DNA of 64,000 nt from positions 13,456,001-13,520,000 of the forward strand of contig NC_087438.1 of NCBI RefSeq assembly GCF_036321535.1. Direction: 5' to 3'. The position numbers and the translations under genes are program-made. A model generated the notes under the pieces. The model made no database searches, was not told the DNA's origin, and saw nothing but the letters and a program-made list of their open reading frames with translations. The stretch comes from Camelus dromedarius. Taxonomy: Eukaryota. Each line of letters begins with the position of its first letter. Position 1 is the first letter of the stretch. Below are positions 13,120 through 25,819 of this stretch, in pieces.

Positions 13120-13250
13120 TTAATATGAAAATGAATATATGTCTGTATATGCATGACTGGGACATTGTGCTGTACAGCAGAAATTGACACATTGTAATTG
13201 ACTGTACTTCAAGGAAAATTTAAAAAAAATTTTTTTAATTAAAAAAAAAA
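13120..13250 (+). mobile_element. Short young L1 3' end with A-tail
   Basis: gactgggacattgtgctgtacagcagaaattgacacattgtaattgactgtacttca followed by an A-rich tail. Confidence 0.85.
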
Positions 13251-14087
13251 GTAAGTAGTGGTAAGACCAAGAGGAGACAGAGATCATAAGCTGAGACCCA
13301 AAGTCTAAATATCGAATTAGATACACTGAGAGAGCTACTCAGGATTAGATCCTCGTTTTACAGAGTTTGCAAAAATATTCATCTCACATCTGCAGCACAC
13401 ATGCCGATCACCTAGGGCCATGCTATTGAGTCTTTTACTGCTAACTTTCTCGGCATCACTGAGAAAGAGACAACACATCCCAAATATTCTTTTGTTTGGA
13501 AAATAATATAGAAGCCTGAGTGATTTCTAGTCATCACTCTGAGCTATAATCCCCTGGAGGCATGGATATTTTCCACATAATGTATCTCAGAATACACTTC
13601 TACAGTTAAACAAGTCGCAGAATCACTTAAGAAGGGGTATTGTGGCTTGAATGTTCACTTCTAACATTCCCTCTCGTTTCCTTTTTAGAAAAATAAAATA
13701 ATGAGAAGAGTCTACTGGTGGAACATGGGATGTTTATTCATAGCTCTGGGCTCTGCTGAGTCACTGAGGATGAGAGTGAGATAAGGGGTTTTAGATTCAC
13801 TAGAACTGAGCAAAAGCAGACAACTCACCTAGGAAAAGGAAGCCTGGTTCTGCTCAGAGATTGGAGCTAGTGCCATAAACCTTCAATTTTTATGGGTTTA
13901 GGCCAAAAATGCTAGTGGGTCACATTGGGAAAGACCAAAAAAAAAAAAAAAAAAGATGCTTTATAAACAGTGAATGATAATCTCAAAGTAGATGAATGCC
14001 TCTGCACACTTATGGAAACTGATCAGCCTAATTATGTCAACAGAGATGCAAGTGTGACAGCAAAGATAAGATGTGTTTTTCTTTCCT

Positions 14088-15085
14088 CTTCTTTTCTGAG
14101 ATACAATTATCAGATAACTGCATGAATTTAAAGTGTACAACATAATAATCTGATATATGTATAGACTGTGAAATGTTCACCAAAATAAATTTGATTAACA
14201 TCCATTGCAATGCATAGTTACAATTTTTTTCTTTTATTGAGAAATTTGAAGCTCTACCTCTTAGCAACTTTCACATATAAAATGCAGTATTGTTAACTAT
14301 AGACACCATTCTGTACATTACATCCCCAGAACTTATTTTATAACTCTAAGATTGTACATTTTCACCATCTTCACCCATTTTGCCCACTCCCCACCTCCAC
14401 CTCTGATAATCACCAATCTTCTGTTTGCTCTGCCTAGGAATTTGTTTGTTTAGATTCCATGTATAAGTGAGATCACACTGTATTTGTCTTTTCCTGTCTT
14501 ACTTATTATACATAGCTAATTTTCTCAAGGTCTATCTTTGTTGTCACAAATGACAGGATTTCCTTCTTATCTATAGCTGAATAGCATCCCGTTGTGTATA
14601 TACACCACAACATCTTTATTTGTTCATTCATCAGTGGACATGTAGGTTGCTTCCATGTCTTGGATATTGTTAAAAATGCTGCAGTAAACATAGGGGTACA
14701 GATATCTTTTAGAGATAGTAATTTTATTTCCTTTGGATAAATACCCTGAAGTGGAGCTGGATCATGTGGTAGTTCTGTTTTTTCAGGGAAACTCAGTATG
14801 CTGTTTTCCATAACTGTACCAATTTACATTCCCACCAACAGTGCATGAGTGTTCCCCTTTCTTCATATCTTCACCAACACTTGTTATTTCTTAGCTTTTT
14901 TTTTTTTTTGGTAGTAGCCTTTCTAAGTAGTAGACAAGTGTGAGGTAAGATCTCACATTTGTATATTTGATTTACATTTTTTGATGATTAATGGTATTGG
15001 GCACTTTTTCATGCACCTGCTGGTCATTTGTATGTCTTGTTTAGAAAAATATCTATTCAGTTCTTCCACCCATTTTTTAATTGGA
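14088..15085 (-). mobile_element. L1MA-type (L1MA9-like) 3' end incl. ORF2 C-terminus
   Basis: ORF 14506..14811 contains ELPHDPA...DICTPMFTAAFLTISKTWKQP (L1 ORF2 C-terminus); 3' UTR ctcttagcaactttc...ttgttaactatag. Confidence 0.9.
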
Positions 15086-16610
15086 TGTGTTTTTCAATAC
15101 CTTTTGTGAGATCAACTTGGTATAGTCATAGATGGAACAAGAATGGCCTTGAATTCAAGAATTACCTATGTGCGCACACACATACGAACACACACACACA
15201 AAAACTCTCCATTGAAAGTCTGTTAAAAACATGTCATAAATTTAACATTCTAAGCATGTGTACCTTCATTGCAACTGCAGTAATATGATCAAGTCAGTCT
15301 GTTCATAATTAAGCCCCTACAAGCTTCAATTATTTTAGAAGGTTGTTTGTTGAGCAAGGAACAAACATTTCATTGCAAAAAGATGAATAGTGGCCTGGCC
15401 CACCATAGATAAATTTTCCCGTGAAAATTACTGACACAAGGACTTGAATTTATGTGATCTACTGCCATTTTATGACTATGCATATTTTTAATAATAGCAG
15501 TCATTAATTATATTTCATAATAATTTTTATGCTCCACAAGTTATTATTGTTATGGTCCACTTGGAAATTACATATATCTTATGAGTATTTTCAAAGGGAA
15601 TTGTCTAAGCATATGAAAGTCTTCTATTCAAACCAGAAAGTACATTCATTTTGACAATAATTAACAAAATGCTAACTAAGCTAAAAGTTCAATGCTTAGA
15701 CTAGGAAGGCATCTTGAGATTCTTTATTCCTCTGAGAGTTATTACAAGATGATATTTAAAGATACATAATTTTATATATAAATTAATTAGATTTTTTATA
15801 TTAATTTTTGGTTTTGTCATGATAAAATGCATATATTTTATATTTTGAGGATTTACTTTATTTCAAAGTGCCAATAGGGCTTTTAAAATAGATCTCTATG
15901 CTTTAGCAAAAGGAACTATATTTTTTCTTTTAAATTTTGGTCTTTCATAATAAGACCAATTACAAATAAACTTATATTAAACTTCTGTTACAAAACTTCA
16001 TATTGAATTAATACGTAAAGATTAATAAATGTGCTGGCATACGTGACAAGTATATTAAAGTGGAGTTTCAAATACTAGATGTAACTGAAAACAATTCATT
16101 TAGTCAAATATTTTAACTAGACCTAGTATAATTTTATTTAAAAATTTTCATCAATAGTTGTATTTTATATAATCAATGCACAGTGAAGTAAAACCCAAGC
16201 ACATTAAATAATTTGCAATATTGTTGTATACAGCATATGCACCCATTTCTGTTTTGGTGGCCACATTAATATATATCAATAATAATCTTTGTTATTTTAA
16301 AATACATGGTTCAAACATGCTGAACATGTTTCTAGACTCAAAGATTCCAATTTACTAAACTTTTTGTCTCATCTAGATCATATTTATAGATTTCAATTTC
16401 TTTAATACTATTTTTCCCAATCTTTTTAAAGCACTGGGAAGTCAATCTGTGGTCTCTAGAAGTATACAGAAGAAGTTTTAAGGTTCAAATGAGGAGACAG
16501 AAGAGAAAGGCTTTCTTATGAAGAGAATGGTGTGTGTGGTTTGGTTTCTTTTTTAAAGGTATGACCATCCCCCTGACCTCTGACTTTGCACACTCCCTCT
16601 AAAATAATTC

Positions 16611-16700
16611 AATAAATAAATAAATAGCTAAATAAAGTATATATAAAATATGTATATATATATGTGTATATATATATATATACGACTCATATATATGGAT
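16611..16700. repeat. (TAAA)n plus (TA)n microsatellite
   Basis: Seen directly. Confidence 0.85.
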
Positions 16701-17034
16701 ATAGGTAGATATCAACATGTGTGTGAACTTTTATTACCAGGAAATTTCATATTGTAATATTCTAGACACAATACATACATTTCATTTCTCAGAGTGACCC
16801 ATTAACTTTTACTATTATCTCCATATTGAGATTAATAAACTTGGATTCAAAGAGCATCAGTAATTGAAGTTCTCTTCACTCTAGGCAGCTGTAGAGTAAG
16901 ATTCTATGTGCTTCCTGTGCCCATTACCCATTTAATTAAAGTTTGCCAGATAATCAGGCTACTGATTTTAAGTAAACCAAAAGCAAAGGCTTCCAAAATG
17001 CTCAGTTCACTAAAATATCAGGAGACGAGTCAGT

Positions 17035-18760
17035 CTATTGTTACCCAACACCACTAGTCTGTGACCAAAATATGTATAATTTTCTATTTGCTGTACCTAA
17101 AACTACAATTCCATTGATATTGATCCTAATAATAATTTTTTTATCAGACATGCAGTTCATAACATAGTTACCTAAATAAACCTTGTGTCCTATAGCAATA
17201 CAGCGACGACCAGATCAAAATCCGGTGACCACATCGTCTTCGTATACGCATTACTGACGTGCCAAAGCTGATTCATACCCTGCACATAATTGGTTTCATC
17301 CAAGTGTAAAGCAAAAAATCTGCCGTCAGACAAACGTGATAGTAGTTGGGTGATGCCCAACATGTCGCTTGATAAAAGAGTTTTGCCAACAGCTCATGCT
17401 GCTTTTTCTCAGTGCCTGAAATTTGTTGTAACATTCACAGCTATTTTTTACAAGCTTTGGAGCAAGTGCAATAGAATTTTTTTTTCCTAAACCAGGAATG
17501 CATCTTTCCATGATGCTCAGTGTTTATGGTCTCTTCTCCACGTTTAGATTTATAATTCATTAATTTTAAACTTGCAAGTGTTATTTTGTGCTTCTTCTGT
17601 ATAAAACTACAATTGCTTTCTTAGAGGGCAGCAGCAAGCAATGCTGTTTTGAAAATGATACGAAATTTTAATGGCTTCCTGCCACTATTTACATGGCTGC
17701 CAAGAAAAGACACTGGGAGTTGGAGCAAATGGACCTCCAGTTCAATTAAGTTCTTTTCCTCCATGTTTTCATAATCAGGTTTATATGCAAATTTTTATGT
17801 TTCAGGTGACTTGGGAACTTTTTGGAGGCACAAACTTCATTATCCCAGCAGATACTGGAGTTCTGTTGGCCATTTTCCATTTATGTTAGTCTTCCCATCA
17901 CTGATTTTATGCTATAGTGAAGAGTTGCTGAATCTGATCAATCTTTGCCAGTCGGAATTATAACACAGCTCAATAATATCAATAAAAAACAGCTTTAACA
18001 AATAAAAACATTAGTGCAAATTATATTAGTCTAAGATTAATTAAACAGTATAGCTATTTTAGAGCATGAGCAGCATTTCAGAGTGTGATATAATTATTAT
18101 GGGATTCCTTTGAAAATTATTATGTGTGTCTCATTTCAAACGGGTGAAGTGCAGATAAAATATTTAATCACGTTGACCTCTAAAGATTGTAAACCCCTTT
18201 GATACCGTATCACAAAGTATTGAGTGCCACCTGCGGTCCACAGACAATTTTCGGATCCTACAAGGTATAGGCTGATTTCAGTGGTGTATTAAAAGTCTAG
18301 GCGTATTTAGATTCTTTTCCATTATAGGTTATTATGAGATATTGAATACGGTTTCCTATGCTATACGGTAAATCCTTATTGTTTACATATTTTATATATA
18401 GTGATGTATGGCTGTTAATCTCATACTCCTAATTTATCCCTCCCCTGGTTTCCCGTGAGTAACTACAAATTTCTTTTCTATGTCTGTGAGTCGGTTTCTG
18501 TTTTGTAAATAAATTTGTTTCAATAAAAAAAGAAACAATCTTGCAATTAAAAAAAAAAAAAAAGCCTATGCTTATTCTACCATACCTTGGAAGTGGAAAC
18601 TGGTTAGAAATTTTGCAGCAGGCAAGAGACTCAGATTATTTACAAACTGTACGTTCATATGTAGAGAGGAATATTAACATTCCATTAATTGGTTTATTTT
18701 CACCATAACAACCAGTGAGGGAGTTTGCATCTTCCTTTAGACACAACTGGGAATAATACA
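17035..18760 (-). mobile_element. hAT-Charlie DNA transposon fossil (Charlie7-like, internally deleted), interrupted by an L1
   Basis: Minus strand 17315-17265 translates FALHLDETNYVQGMNQL, like the Charlie/Buster FALQLDEST motif; degenerate TIR-like ctattgttacccaac at ~17035; right boundary uncertain. Confidence 0.65.
18308..18559 (+). mobile_element. Young L1 3' end, mostly 5'-inverted
   Basis: Antisense 3' UTR 18308-~18518 joined to sense ttcaataaaaaaa...poly(A); TSD aaaagtctaggcgtatt / aaaagcctatgcttatt. Confidence 0.85.
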
Positions 18761-19618
18761 GCAGTCTGTGACATGACACAGAGGAAACCAAGATTAGCAA
18801 CTCTTCATCAAGATATAAGCTGGTGGACACAGAGGTGATCAATGTTTTTATTGCTGATGGTGATGTGCGTTTACAACAAAGACAACTAACCCCAAACTTT
18901 GATTGTCATTAAAAAGTACTTACCATGATTGTTTAACCAGACTGTAAATTTATACCAGAAATGACTAGCCAGAGTCATCGGTTACATACCATCATTTCAT
19001 TCATTTCCTTATAAAGTTCTGGTATTTGGGAAAAAAAAATAGATCTATATATTTAGAGAAATTAACTGTGCTTCAAAACCTGTTTTCTCTCGTTAGTGAT
19101 CTGAATTACCAACTACCAAATTTAGGACTGCCTGTGATTATGAATGAACCTTGAAAGAATTGTAAGTTCCCAAATACTCCCATTGGCACTTTTTAATCTG
19201 TTTATAAAATTCTGCCCTTTATAAAACTTTTCATCCTAATTAATAGATTTACAAATCTCATAACAAATTTCATTAGAAGAATTATTTAAGGGAATGAACA
19301 AACAAAACCAAAAATTATAATTTGCTAATTTATTTAATATTATATATAAGTTAAAAATAATTCTTCAGTAATGTCTTTCATATAATATCAAATATCACCA
19401 AATAGTTTGCATGTTCTATTTACATAAAGACTTCAAATATTTTAGTTTTCATTTTCAAGTGTATAAAGTATATTAGAAAAAGCTAGATTTATTTTTAATG
19501 GGAAATTGGGCAAATGTTAATGTAGGTTAAATTATATTTAAATTACTTTTGAAATATTCTGTATAAATATTGGACATATTTTTCTTAAAACAACATTGCA
19601 AAAATAGTATGCATGCCC

Positions 19619-19662
19619 ATACACACACACACACACACATACACATACATACATATACACAA
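19619..19662. repeat. (CA)n/(CATA)n microsatellite
   Basis: Seen directly. Confidence 0.9.
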
Positions 19663-20439
19663 AACCTACGGAAAAACTGTGAAATTGTCTGGCTTCAATG
19701 GCCTTTTGTGATGGCTTACAATCTGCTCACCTACATAAGAGCTATTATTAGTTACACACAAAAATTATTTCTCCGATTGTTGTTATTTCTTCCTTGGGTA
19801 ACTAAATGAAAATTTCCTATAATAAGAAACAGATCAGTTCAAATATTGACATTATAAATCCTTATTTTTCTTCTCCAAGTGACAGCATTTTATGGTGTTT
19901 GGAAAATGACATTTAGAAATATTCTCTGATGCATGCCAAAATTTAAATCATTCACTCTTATAATTATAGTTTTTCCATATGGCTGGTGTCTTTTAATCAT
20001 TTCAAGTGAAAAGGGAGTATGTCAGTTTAATAAATATTGTTGAATTGATGTGAAATAAAGACCTCAGGCACTTCTGTATGTTGTCGATAAGAAATTATGT
20101 TCTATTTTCACTGTTTCACCTCACACATTTGAGTCCACTCAGGTTAAGTTCACTGTTGACTAAGATTTGTGTAGTCTAGTCTCTCTATGCCCAAAGGAGA
20201 GTATGCCTGTTTTTGACAATGTCTTCTAACTCTGATATAAATAGTAATGAACGAGTGAGACGTAAATGGGTTTTACAATAAAGTTGGCTTTACAGAATCA
20301 CAGTACTTGTTTGTGCATTCCGTAGCACTGGAACGTTTACTAATGACACTGTGTATGATAATGTCGCCTATCATAGGTAAGCACTAATGAGCAAAATGTT
20401 TGTGACTTATGAGATGATATTTAGATTCGTAGCAAGACT

Positions 20440-20700
20440 CTTCCCCCCTGCATGGAAGGGTCTACCCCAGACACCTCTCCTAGCTTGTGATAACTGCTGT
20501 CATCCTGGCTTACAGATGGCCGTCTTCTCCTTGTGTCTTTTCACATGGTATTCTGTGTGTGTGTGTGTGTGTGTATGTGTGTGTGTCTGTACAAAGTTTC
20601 CCCCTTTTATAAGGACACCAGTCATATTGGACCAGGGCCTGCCTATTATAAGGACCTCATATGTTTTTTTCCAAATAAGGTCACATTCACAATTAATTCA
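20440..20700 (-). mobile_element. MaLR LTR fragment (MLT1A/B-like) containing (TG)n
   Basis: cagatggccgtcttctcc; ttataaggacaccagtcatattgga; tttccaaataaggtcacattc. Confidence 0.8.
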
Positions 20701-21322
20701 ACATTTTTTAGGGAACTCAACTAAAAACTTCTGGTGGTGTTGAGAACAGGAGAACATAAAAGTATCTAACAGATTGTCGCCAAAAAGCACGTAGCATAAT
20801 CCGAGCGCAGAATTAGAACTGACAGAAGTTTGCAAGTTCCCCTTTACGGGGGTTGTAAAACAGGACCAGAGATCTGGAAAGAGCAAAACCTGACGAGAGA
20901 CTATGAATTCCTAAAGCAAACAAACAAAAACTCCCTTTGAGGACAAACTCCTGTCTTACAGAGATAGTGTTAGGAGTATAGTCTAAATTCTACCGGACAG
21001 AGATAACAGAGGGGAGAAAAAGAGGTGGAACAAATAAAAAAGTGAGAACGTGAAACAGAGGAGGCAAGTAGCAAAAAGTGCTAAGACGTACTTTTTTTAT
21101 CACCTCTTAAAACACCTGGAAAGGAAACTCTGAGTCCCTGAAGCTAGGAAAGCAGTTCTGTTCTCCAATCCCTGTTGAAAGTGCAAAACAATTCATATCA
21201 CCTAATATAAGACACAGAAAAAGGTGGCAATTGTGCAAAGTTATTGTAAGGAAAGAAGACCGCGGAGCAGATATCTATTTGAATATGTTTGTTCACTGGG
21301 TAAAACCTTTGAATATCAGAGT

Positions 21323-21835
21323 GTCAGGGAGGAAGCAATTTTCTTTTACCCTTCTAGGCTCTTCTGGCTGTCCTGAGAACCAAACTGATATGAGACAGAT
21401 TAACAGCAGGAAGTCAAACAAAATTTTAATAACATGTAAGGGGGAGAGACCTAGGAAAACTGAGTAACTCACCAAAATGACTGAAACCCTGATCTTGAAC
21501 AGCATCTTCAGCTAAAGACAAAAATGATTGTTGAGGGGGGCAGTTTGGGACTTCAAAGGTGAGTAGGGCAATTTATATGGAGACAGAAAAGCAAATGTTT
21601 GCCAGACAACTATTTGCTGGGCCAGGCAGAGACAATGGGACACAGAAATCAATTTTAAATACAGACTTTGCTAGGTTCCTCCCTGCCCACACACCTGGTT
21701 CATATTCAGTTATCCACGGTGATCTCTCCATTCCTGAAACAGGTTCTCTATTTACATTCTCTTAGGAAATGAGGTGACAGGTCAAAGTTTCTTCCTGAAT
21801 CTTTTGTGGAGGGTTGGATATTCTGAGGTCCTTAC
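21323..21835 (-). mobile_element. ERV1-class LTR (MER34-like)
   Basis: Begins tgtcaggga...tacccttctagg...aaactgatatgagacagattaacag, resembling MER34-group LTRs. Confidence 0.65.
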
Positions 21836-22852
21836 TCCACCTTGTTTACACTGGCATCATTCATTTCCTTTCCTTTTAAAAAGAAAACCCTACTTGATTT
21901 ACTTGGGTATTTTCTATCACTGGTCATTTCTGACAATCTGAACTAATATAAACATTTTTCAGTACAATGCCCACACATTGTCTTATCTTTAATCTCTCCC
22001 TTTCTTCAAACTTCACTATGATGTTTTCTCCCAGTGATACTCTTAAAGTAAATAATTTCTTCTAATAAATAAAAATGCAGTATCTGGGTTTGTTTTTGTT
22101 ATGGTTTTTATTAACCAAGAGCATTTATCAGAATGAAAACAAAGCTGCTGGGAGAGGTGCAGGCACTGGACCCTCTGGGAAACGGAAGGAATCTGGGATT
22201 TGTTACCAAGCCTGTCGGAAGTCTGGCTTAAGAAATGAGGCAGATAATTAGATTATTCCCCGTGTTCACCTAGAATCAAGTGATCATTGGAGTCAAGGTT
22301 TAGGGGGAAATTCTGTGTCAGCTACTATAGAATATATCCCAGAGAAATCTGGGACTTCAACATGAAATGGCATTTTTGAAAAGCACCGGATGGTTTGAAG
22401 GAGGAGAATGACAGCCCGGCATCCTTATATTCTTGGATGAATGCCTACTAAAGCCCAGGGGCTTTCTAGGGCAGTTCTAAAAGGATGTGCTAGTTGCAGC
22501 TACAGGGCTGAGATAACCGAAAATAGAGCATCAATTTTAACCCAAGAGTTGAGAATAAGAACATTTGAAGGCACATTCTTGTCAGGGAAGTTGTGTGAAA
22601 ATAAGAGCAGATAAGAGATTCTTATACTAATCACAGGGCTGTGAAGGAGACCTCAGAATGCTCTAATGGCCAAGACTCTAAATGCTTAATTCCCACTGAA
22701 TTATTTGTGACAACCAAAGCCTCTCTCCTGACTATTTCAGGAGCCTTTCCCAAAACCATCCTTGAATAAAGTCACCGTAACATCATTGAAAGAGGGAGCT
22801 CTTTTCCTTTTTGCATCTTCCCAACAATCTACAATCTCTCCCAAGATAAAAC

Positions 22853-23386
22853 TGTTACAGCAGGAAGGGAAGAAACAACCTCGATTCTTTGTCTTATCTG
22901 AGAAAAAGAATTTAAATGGAAGACGGAAAGTGTGATATGAACAAAAAATTTTATTAGTAGAGCAAAAATCAGTATAGTACACCTTCAAGAATTAAAGGCA
23001 GGCCAACCCAAGAGAGGAAAAAAAAAAATGGCCTCATTTTTTGTTTCTCCTGCCTTACATCCTGGCTTTAGGTGTGTTCTTGTGACTGATGGATGGTTTA
23101 CTTATGTCCCTTGAGTCCTTAGGCGTGCCCATCTCCTCTGTGCGTTGCTCTGACCCATGATGTACACAGAAAAACCTAACTGAAATGCTAATTATAATAC
23201 AATGAACATTGGGATGCATCCTATTGAATCCTATTTGCTACTGTGCAGTCATGGCTGTGGGGTTCTAACTGGTTTAGAAGTAAAGTCCCTTTGTATTGGA
23301 GGAGGAAACAGCACCACCTTCTGAAACATCCTCCCTCTCCCCCACCTATCTGCCCTGTGCCCCCACTTATCTAACTGCCCAGCACA
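22853..23386 (-). mobile_element. ERV1-class solo LTR (MER4-group-like)
   Basis: TG...CA bounded block with ttttattag (minus-strand polyA signal), gctaattataat and a ctaactgcc end. Confidence 0.6.
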
Positions 23387-24223
23387 AATAGAGCCACATA
23401 CCTGCATAACCTCAAGGCCACTGACTGTTAAACACCCAAGGACAAGAATTAGGGAGAAGGCAATTGCAAAATTTTGCTAATTTATATTTTTTTCAATATA
23501 TCTGCAAGAATAGATTCTATGATCAAATAAAGAAAGACTTGACTATCTATTAGGCTGAAAATTTTATTTTTGCACTTAGTTACAGAAGCTATAGCATGAT
23601 TTGTATGTCTGCTATGCTTTTGTCTAATTCTTCATCCTGTTTTTACCAAAATATATGCTTAACAGTGGCCCATGATTAAATGGAATTCCATTGTCAATTA
23701 CTTACTGGATTCTTCAGCAAAAATGTTGGAGTATATTATTTATGGGGCCCGTTCCATTAATTCCTGCACTGTGTCCCTTAATAAAGTCCAATAAAGGGTA
23801 CTGCTTTTGTGAAAATCTTGAGAAATACTTTGGTGAAAGTTAACAATATATTTGCGTGGTGCTTTAATGGTTTGGAATTAGAGTAGAAGGCGTTGTGCTT
23901 GAGTTGAACTCAGTGGCTTTCTCAGGGATGACAGAGGTCAAAACTTGTAGAAGTAAGTTAGATACGGTTACCATAGTATGAATTCAGAACTGTCTAACTG
24001 GTATAGTTTTCTGTTGTTAAGTACTACATTCCTATGCCTCTAATGACAAAATACATAAAATCCAAAGTCTTTCCTGATGTGTATAACTATGAAAATTCCA
24101 ACAATATCTTGAACCAAGATAACAATCACCTAATTCTTAGACCTGAGCCTGGACATATCTATCAGTTCTTGAATAAATGAGGCTTAAGTAACAGTTGAAG
24201 TATTAGTGGTGGCCAGCAGTTGG

Positions 24224-24573
24224 CATCCTTGACCATCCAGGCTGCTATAACAAATACCATGGCCTGAGGAGCTTATATACAATAGAAATTTATTTTTCAC
24301 AGTTCTAGAGGTTGGAAATCCAAGATCAGGAAGCTAGCATGATTAGGTTTTGGTGAGGATCTCCTTGACTACTTCTCACTCTTTCCTTAAGTGGTGAGAA
24401 GAGCAAGGGATCTTTCTGAGGCTTCTTTAAAAAGGCCACTAATCCCCATTCATAAGAGCTCTACACTGATCACCTAATCTCATCCCAGAGTCTCCAAATC
24501 TAATACTGTTACCTTGGGCTTTAGAATTTCAATATGTGAATTTTGGAGGGACACAAACATACAGAACATAGCA
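24224..24573 (-). mobile_element. MLT1A0-like solo LTR nested in an L1MC 3' end
   Basis: ggctgctataacaaatacc...gggacacaaacat...atagca; perfect 5-bp TSD GTTGG at 24219 and 24574. Confidence 0.9.
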
Positions 24574-24905
24574 GTTGGGATGTGGAGATGAATAAATGGG
24601 GCCTGGAAGATTTTTAGGGAAATGAAAATACTATATGATACTTTGACAATGAATACATCATTATACATTTGTCCAAGCTCATTGAATATACAACACCAAG
24701 AGTGAACCCATATGTAAACTATGAACTTAGGGTGATTATGACGTGTCAATATACGTTGATCAGTTGTACCAAATGCACCACTCTAGTGGGGGATGTTGAT
24801 AATGCAGGGGGCTACAAATGTGTAGGACTATAGGGTATATTGGAAATCTCTGTACCTTCCTATTTTGCTGTGAACTTGAAACTACTCTAAAAATATGTCT
24901 TTAAA
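24574..24905 (+). mobile_element. L1MC-type 3' end (starts ~24200, split by MLT1A0)
   Basis: cattatacatttgtccaa...acaacaccaagagtgaacc...atgtaaactatg...ggggatgttgataatg. Confidence 0.85.
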
Positions 24906-25819
24906 TATTATTTTGGATAAATGGATGTGCTCTAAGTAATGTTGCTTTCTAAACTTTAAACTTCCTACCATTAAGTTGGAGATACAATGCTTGATAAGAC
25001 GTGAGAATTTGAAAACAACATATACAAAATTGGATATGCTTCTCCCATAATTTTACTGAATAAGTGGAAAAGTGTCTAGGCTTGATAGGGTTCAAAAATA
25101 AAGAGGTTTCTCTGTTTAAGGTGGAAATGCATTCAGCTTCAACATTCCATTCTCTGATCTAGCAGATCCAATATTACGCAGGATGTCTGAGGCAGAACAG
25201 CACACTGTGTGAACACTGGTAAACCCTGACACAAGTCATAACAATAGTCCCCCATAGTTTTATTCTAAAGTTATGCCTTCTTGGCAAGTAATTATTCTTC
25301 TTTGAGACATAACTCATGGGTTGCTAGAATGAATATCTAAACATTGGATAACAGATAACTATAAGCATGAATTGTCTGTCATAAAGCAGACTCTATCTGT
25401 ATACATAGCCCCCAAATAAGATATGACCATTATTTACAAATGAAGCATTGGTGGTGCCATGCCAAGTCAAGTTCTGGAGATGAGTTCCAAGAAAAGCTTG
25501 TTTAGTCTCCCAGTGTTCTTAGTCTGACCACTTTTTCCTTAGTCAACAACCACATTTTCCTATGCCCAGTTGACTGAATGTTGACTCTAATTTGTACACA
25601 GATCTGTACAAACTGGCAGTAACTTTTCTCACCTTTTTTGTTTCAGCCGGGGAAGACATTGAAAGACAATGGAAGAGAGACATTATCCAAGAATAAAGAA
25701 TCCAAGTTTTTCCATCTAAAATGAGAATGAGTGATGGCCTGATGTAAAGATTTAGGCCAATTTATTGATAGTTTCTAAATAGTTACTGTGACTGTATGTA
25801 ATTGGCATTTGTAAAATAT

